From: Carcharhinus amblyrhynchos
Lineage: Eukaryota
Length of the DNA: 64,000 bases
NCBI GenBank assembly: GCA_965287045.1
Contig: OZ336904.1
Location: 15,190,001 to 15,254,000, forward strand
Direction of reading: 5' to 3'
Under the pieces are notes generated by a model. The model was not told the DNA's origin. It was given only the letters and a program-made list of their open reading frames with translations, and ran no database searches. This document shows, piece after piece, positions 61,243-64,000 of this stretch. The translations under genes were made by a program, and so were the position numbers. The first letter of the stretch is position 1. Each line of letters starts with the position of its first letter.

Positions 61243-62082
61243 CCATTCACTATTCCCCAACTCTGAGCATCAATCTGCTCCCTGCTTCTGTGTCTCAAAG
61301 TCACTGGCATAGTACGTGCATTGCCTGCTACTTTGACAATCCTTTCTTGGTAGCAGGCGCCTGGCTTGCTGCTTCCAGTTCCTCCCAGCAGCAATTCCAT
61401 ATGCGGCCAAACTGTATCTGGCCTCCATATGGGGAACTTATTACTGAGGCATATACTCTTCTGACATGTTTGGTATTTAAACCAGATTCTTGCTCACCAT
61501 GCAACGCTGGCTCATATACAAATAGGCTCATGGCAACATGGCAATGAGTACAGGAAAAATAACAGTGTGGTTTTAAGTGAAGTCTTACTGTTACATACTT
61601 GGGGGTAGCATAGTTTCCACAGATGGTTAAGGGGGTCCTGGAATTCACAAAGCCACCTTTGCTCGAGAACTAAAACACTGCTCCAGCCCACATCACTTGC
61701 TGTGCTGCATCCTGTTCAGACGAATGGGTGTAGAGAACATTATAACAGAATAATGCTGAATACAGTAGGTGCCTAGGTGATTTGACAGTGCAGATGTTGA
61801 AGCGTTTGGCAGAATCTTTACTCTCCCCTCCCCCCCACCCGAATGGGGCCAAGTAACAAAGGGAATTATGTGGCTTTAACTTTGGTCGACAATTAATTGC
61901 AGTCAGTGGGAGAGGAGCAAATGTTTCCCATGGAGCACTGCATCATATCATGAGAGCTCTTTGTCAGGGCGCAATGAGAACTACTCATGTTGGTGTTGGT
62001 GAGAGGAACAGAAGCCTCAAATTCACAGCAGCTGCTCCATCCAGACTATCAGCTCATTTCCTGGTCCTTTTGCTCTGCACCT

Positions 62083-62194
62083 TCAGACAGCTACTCGATT
62101 GTCTTTGGCCCATTTCTTTAAGGTACGGATTATGTATTCCACTTGAGGATTCCCTGTGTTTCGAAGGAGATGGAGAACTTCTCGCATGGTATCC
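62083..62194 (-). CDS. TTC26: Terminal coding exon of intraflagellar transport protein 56 (DTMREVLHLLRNTGNPQVEYIIRTLKKWAKDNRVAV*)
   Basis: CACTTTTTCTAG acceptor, TGA stop; matches recalled human IFT56/TTC26 C-terminus ETLREVLHLLRSTGNTQVEYMIRIMKKWAKENRVSI; syntenic with UBN2. Confidence 0.88.
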
Positions 62195-63259
62195 CTAGAA
62201 AAAGTGCATAATAGTTAGGACTTTCATTCAAGGAACACATAGCATTTCCCACTGATCCATGCTAATTTTGCACCCGCTGTGGTGGCGAGCATACCTGCAG
62301 TCATCTAATTCTAGCCCCTCGACCCCTCCACCACAGGTAGTCATGCCTTAAGTTGCCTAAGCACTGAGCCCTAGAATTCCCACTCCATCTCTCTTTCCTC
62401 CTTCAGTGGGCTCTTTTGATCATCTGCCCTAATATCAGCTTATGTGGCTTGGTGTTGAATTTTGATTTATAACACTCCTGTGAAGGACCTTGGGGTGTTT
62501 TATAATGTTAAAGGCACTTTGCTGTTGCTGTGATCCTAATGAGCATTGTTTGGTACTTTGCTCAAGTGACATCAGAGACAAGGCAGTGAGTACGCTAGCT
62601 CAGGCCAATATTGGCCCCATGTCTGACCGCAATATTGACACTTCTCATTCGGAGTAAGATAAAAATCAGTAGTGCAGCCTGGCTGACTAACTCCGCCACC
62701 ACGCCATGCCCCTCCCTCCCCCTCCAAGCCTAAAATGCTGAGATCAATTGTAGGGCACTATTGCTAACCTGACTGAAAGCAGGAATGTCAATACGTAAAA
62801 ACTCATTTCCCCTCTGTTACTTTGCGAATTATCTTAGGTCTGCATGAACTCTGGTCCTAATCCTCCTGCCATCAGGAACAATTTCTCCTCATTTTTACTC
62901 TTTCAAAACCTCTTGTACCTATCAACAACTTTTGCTTTCACAGGACTGGGTGTGGCTGGCAGTTAGAATTTATTAGTCATCTCTAACTGTCCTTGAGAAA
63001 GTGCTGGGGAACCGCCTTCTTGAACCACTACAGTTCAGATGGTGTAAATCCACTCACAGTGCTGTTACGAAAGGGAATTTTCCTTAACTTCCCCTTAACG
63101 CTTGGCTCAAAGATAAAAAATTCCAGCCCCTCCTGTCTCTCCATGCAACTGAAGTTGCTTAACTGTAGAGTCTAACTCTGATATTACTGTGGTTTAAATG
63201 GCTCTGCCACTTACTCGCATTAATTCACTGAGCTGTCAGCTAAGCTGCAATAAATCTCA

Positions 63260-63371
63260 TCAAATAAAAGCAAAATAGTAATGCTGAAAATCTGAAATAT
63301 AAACAGAAAGTGTTGTAAAAAAAAACTCAGCAGCTTTGGTAGCATCTGTGGAGAGAGATTCAGAGTTAACG
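63260..63371 (-). mobile_element. Penelope-like family C fragment
   Basis: GCAAAATA..ATGCTGAAAATCTGAAAT...AGCATCTGTGGAGAGAG shared motif. Confidence 0.5.
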
Positions 63372-64000
63372 GGGGCAATTTTCAGCTCACATTCGCTGTC
63401 AGAAAGAAGGGCGATGTAGGCAGAAAATCCAGAGAGAATCGAGAAATTCAATTCTCTCTGGAGAATTGAGTTTCTAATTTTCCATCCCTCTCGCTGCTGA
63501 CGTCACGCAAAGAATGAGAATCCTATTTTAATGGATTGAAATAAACTTTAATAAGTACCTAGCACCCGCCAAATGATTCCCCCTCTCTGAATATTCAAAC
63601 CTCGTTGATGTGACTCAGTATAATGGGGCAGGCCCTAGTGGCAGCGCCATGGGGCGGGGGTTCAGTTATGTGTGCCAGGGGAGAAAGCAGGTGGTGAGTG
63701 GGAAAATTGCAAGCAGTGAGGAGGAAGAACACTGGCAATACTTGTCCAGTGGCCAGGTGGGGCTTCAGTGCTCCTTTAAAGATGGCACCCTATTTTTGTG
63801 AACTATGTTGCAGGAAGTGAAATGAGTTTGTGGATCCTGCTTTGCTGGCTCTATCAGGCCCTGCTCTACCAGAGCGATAACAGAAACCCTGTCTGCTTAT
63901 TTCAGTTTACTTAGAGAAGCTCAAGATCTGGAGAGAAAACTGGACTGTGCTGACAGAGAGCCATATGCAGGTTTTCAGTCTGAGCCTAACACTTAAAAAA

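Larger units (their letters stand above)
60610..62082 (-). other. TTC26: Putative IFT56/TTC26 3'UTR
   Basis: Follows the stop codon and ends near AATAAA at 60632-60637 (minus). Confidence 0.55.

Noticed and set aside
1-64000. CRISPR array, prokaryotic operon or viral insert
   Set aside because: No regular repeat-spacer array and no long intronless non-TE ORF seen; content is explained by a spliced vertebrate locus and repeats

Overview
Repeat-rich vertebrate genomic DNA, almost certainly from a shark or other elasmobranch (HE1-type V-SINEs; CR1, L2, Rex1/Babar and Penelope-like retroelements). The main feature is a minus-strand ubinuclein gene. I traced 14 coding exons by hand from the ATG at 53239 to the window edge; all introns are GT-AG and phase-consistent, giving 698 codons, and the gene is 3'-incomplete. 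It has a CpG-island promoter with YY1 and CRE motifs. Upstream on the same strand lies the terminal coding exon and putative 3'UTR of TTC26/IFT56 (CDS 62083-62194). That synteny and the exon sizes favour UBN2, although several residues are UBN1-like. Most notable observations: (i) three Penelope-like element families carrying minimal hammerhead-ribozyme motifs, some with covarying stem II, TSDs and long fold-back arms; one sits sense-oriented in UBN2 intron 1 and one forms a 70-bp hairpin in the putative IFT56 3'UTR; (ii) a tRNA-Arg(CCT)-derived copy whose anticodon reads TCA (opal-suppressor-like) followed by a T5 terminator; (iii) two V-SINE subfamilies sharing a head but with different tails; (iv) a ~560-bp G-run minisatellite in intron 1. 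Family names and human comparisons come from recalled sequences, not database searches, and repeat boundaries are approximate.
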